Positions 63,201 to 64,000 of a stretch of 64,000 bases of DNA are shown here, one piece after another. Each line of letters opens with the position of its first letter. Position 1 is the first letter of the stretch. A model generated the notes under the pieces. That model was not told where the DNA came from. It did not search any database and saw only the letters and a program-made list of their open reading frames with translations. This DNA comes from the human T2T-CHM13v2.0 reference genome, Homo sapiens, in assembly GCF_009914755.1 (NCBI RefSeq), contig NC_060925.1. One strand, 5' to 3'. A program made the translations under genes and the position numbers.

Positions 63201-63379
63201 CCTTTGTGATGTGTGTGTTCAACTCACAGAGTTGAACCTTTCTTTTCATAGAGCAGTTAGTAAACACTCTGTTTATAAAGTCTGCAAGTGGATATTCAGA
63301 CCCCTTTGAGGCCTTCGTTGGAAACGGGATTTCTTCATATTATGATAGACAGAAGAATTCTCAGTAACTTCCTTGTGTT
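54213..63379 (+). repeat. Super-repeat copy 3 (9167 bp = 7472 + 1695 bp internal duplication)
   Basis: A dimers at 54213, 55233, 56592, 58291, 59986 and 61341; unit lengths 1020, 1359, 1699, 1695, 1355, 2039. Confidence 0.9.
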
Positions 63380-64000
63380 GTGTGTATTCAACTGACAGAG
63401 TTGAACTTTCATTTAGAGAGAGCAGATTTGAAACACTGTTTTTGTGGAATTTGCAAGTGGAGATTTCAAGCGCTTTGGGGCCAAAGGCAGAAAAGGAAAT
63501 ATCTTCGTATAAAAACTAGACAGAATCATTCTCAGAAACTGCTGCGTGATGTGTGCGTTCAACTCTCAGAGTTTAACTTTTCTTTTCATTCAGCGGTTTG
63601 GAAACACTCTGTTTGTAAAGTCTGCACGTGGATATTTTGACCACTTAGAGGCCTTCGTTGGAAACGGGTTTTTTTCATGTAAGGCTAGACAGAAGAATTC
63701 CCAGTAACTTCCTTGTGTTGTGTGCATTCAACTCACAGAGTTGAACGTTCCCTTAGACAGAGCAGATTTGAAACACTCTATTTGTGCAATTTGCAAGTGT
63801 AGATTTCAAGCGCTTTAAGGTCAACGGCAGAAAAGGAAATATCTTCGTTTCAAAACTAGACAGAATCATTCCCACAAACTGCGTTGTGATGTGTTCGTTC
63901 AACTCACAGAGTTTAACCTTTCTGTTCATAGAGCAGTTAGGAAACACTCTGTTTGTAAAGTCTGTAAGTGGATATTCTGACATCTTGTGGCCTTCGTTGG
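63380..64000 (+). repeat. Start of the next HOR unit (A then B), lacking the super-repeat's leading markers
   Basis: Has CATTCTCAGAAACT, GTGCGTT and GATATTTTGA rather than CATTCTCATAAACT, GTGCCTT and GATATTTTTGA. Confidence 0.8.

Larger units (their letters stand above)
1..64000 (+). repeat. Centromeric alpha satellite higher-order-repeat array, suprachromosomal family 1 (dimeric J1/J2), most likely S1C1/5/19H1L (D1Z7/D5Z2/D19Z3)
   Basis: Continuous ~170 bp monomers with alphoid motifs (TTCAACTCACAGAGTT, GAAACACTCT, CTAGACAGAA). CENP-B box in every second monomer, EcoRI GAATTC about every 340 bp, 1019 bp base unit, very high copy-to-copy identity. Alpha satellite SF1 is near certain; the chr1/5/19 assignment comes from recalled family features, not an alignment. 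Confidence 0.96.

Noticed and set aside
39269-63379. Super-repeat as a pure assembly duplication
   Set aside because: Each copy has private substitutions (e.g. ~42997 AACTTGCT, ~48173 TTTTCAAG, ~56374 ATACCTTC), which is unlikely for artefactual copies, though only reads can exclude it.
124-63983. Hundreds of 60-111 aa ORFs on both strands (MCIQLTEL..., MFPNCSMK..., MILRNSFV..., MQFASVDF...)
   Set aside because: They are translations of the satellite recurring with the 340 bp period, often from non-ATG starts, overlapping on both strands and freely broken by indels and stops. Similar database 'proteins' are typically spurious alphoid translations.
1-64000. Regular conserved motifs separated by variable sequence, superficially CRISPR-like
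   Set aside because: Intervening sequences are themselves homologous repeats rather than unique spacers, and there are no cas genes or leader.
1-64000. Possible L1/Alu insertion, inversion or non-alphoid island
   Set aside because: No poly(A) tail, target-site duplication or foreign sequence seen; CENP-B boxes stay on the + strand throughout.
1-64000. Assignment to one specific chromosome or to the kinetochore-forming subregion
   Set aside because: The HOR is shared by chromosomes 1, 5 and 19, and CENP-A or methylation status cannot be read from sequence; alignment and epigenomic data are needed.

Overview
The whole 64 kb is one uninterrupted, single-orientation array of human-type centromeric alpha satellite: about 376 monomers of ~170 bp, arranged as ~340 bp dimers. 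Each dimer has one CENP-B-box monomer (CTTCGTTGGAAACGGGA), one A-box/pJ-alpha-type monomer and usually an EcoRI site. This is suprachromosomal family 1 (J1/J2 dimeric). The 1019 bp 6-mer base unit fits the live HOR shared by chromosomes 1, 5 and 19 (D1Z7/D5Z2/D19Z3, S1C1/5/19H1L); I cannot tell which chromosome by eye. Three dimer classes are visible, labelled here A (AACTTTCATTTAGAG...GGGGCCAAAGGC), B (AACGTTCCCTTAGAC...TTTAAGGTC, 339 bp) and C (AACGATCCTTTACAC...CAGCCGCTTTGAGG). Units follow A-B-(C)n with n = 1 to 9. I see no genes, RNA genes, transposons, CRISPR arrays or inversions; all ORFs are artefacts of the repeat. I found no new gene-based system. The notable signals are structural: a 7472 bp (44-monomer) super-repeat in three tandem copies, a nested 1695 bp duplication in copy 3, an out-of-register AGAG-microhomology junction at ~21456 that coincides with a change in variant content, several hybrid dimers, and amplified CENP-B-box knockouts. 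Unit boundaries are taken from the recurring A-dimer ORF start, so their phase is arbitrary.
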